From positions 300,328,001 to 300,392,000 of the forward strand of contig CM097882.1 of NCBI GenBank assembly GCA_044892505.1: a stretch of 64,000 nucleotides of DNA, written 5' to 3'. The position numbers and the translations under genes are program-made. Of the stretch, positions 63,807 through 64,000 are shown piece by piece. The stretch comes from Schmidtea nova (lineage: Eukaryota). The notes beneath the pieces are model-generated. The model was not told the DNA's origin and searched no databases. It was given only the letters and a program-made list of their open reading frames with translations. Within the stretch, counting starts at the first letter, position 1; each line of letters begins with the position of its first letter.

Positions 63807-64000
63807 AAAGCCAACACTGACCTCGCAGACTTAACTAAACAAGACTTTATAGAACTTCTAAAATTAGCAATAAATTCAGATACTGTCATAATTAAAGAAA
63901 AACCATTCAAACAAATTCACGGATTAGCCATGGGTAATAACCTTTCTCCCATCTTAGCCATCTTCTACATGAACTTTATAGAATCTAAGATCATATCTTT

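Larger units (their letters stand above)
61190..64000 (-). mobile_element. Penelope-like element, family B, long copy with inverted arm starting at 63755 and running off the window
   Basis: The plus strand 63755-64000 re-encodes GENNIFDIAASFF...IESKIISF from mid-RT. Junction gtaacag|tcacggag. Confidence 0.95.

Noticed and set aside
1-64000. rRNA or tRNA genes
   Set aside because: No cloverleaf or rRNA-like conserved segments were recognised by eye; tRNAscan-SE would be needed to exclude tRNAs.

Overview
AT-rich eukaryotic (metazoan-like) scaffold with eight N-gaps, standard genetic code and 40-110 nt introns. Two host genes can be spliced together by hand. One is a formin-like FMNL gene (+, 49116 to >60978; GBD/FH3, coiled coil and FH1, with FH2 outside the window). 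The other is a minus-strand gene encoding two tandem USP-fold domains whose visible catalytic boxes are degenerate (21346 to >28825). Most of the rest is nested transposable elements: two families of Penelope-like elements (PLEs), mariner, Tc1, Tigger, hAT, MULE, piggyBac-like and Tc2-like MITEs, solo LTRs and a Gmr1-order Gypsy relic. The most notable signals are: (i) the young PLE family carries a 42-nt minimal hammerhead-like motif with the C3-G8 pair swapped to U3-A8; (ii) all six well-preserved PLE insertions, from about 0.2 kb to >5 kb, have two outward-facing 3' ends, including tiny hammerhead fold-back elements; (iii) a composite insert holds an intronless OGT fragment and a ubiquitin-like (di-Gly) domain fused in frame to a Gypsy-type Gag; (iv) the tandem pseudo-deubiquitinase. 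All family assignments come from motif recognition by eye; no database searches were run.
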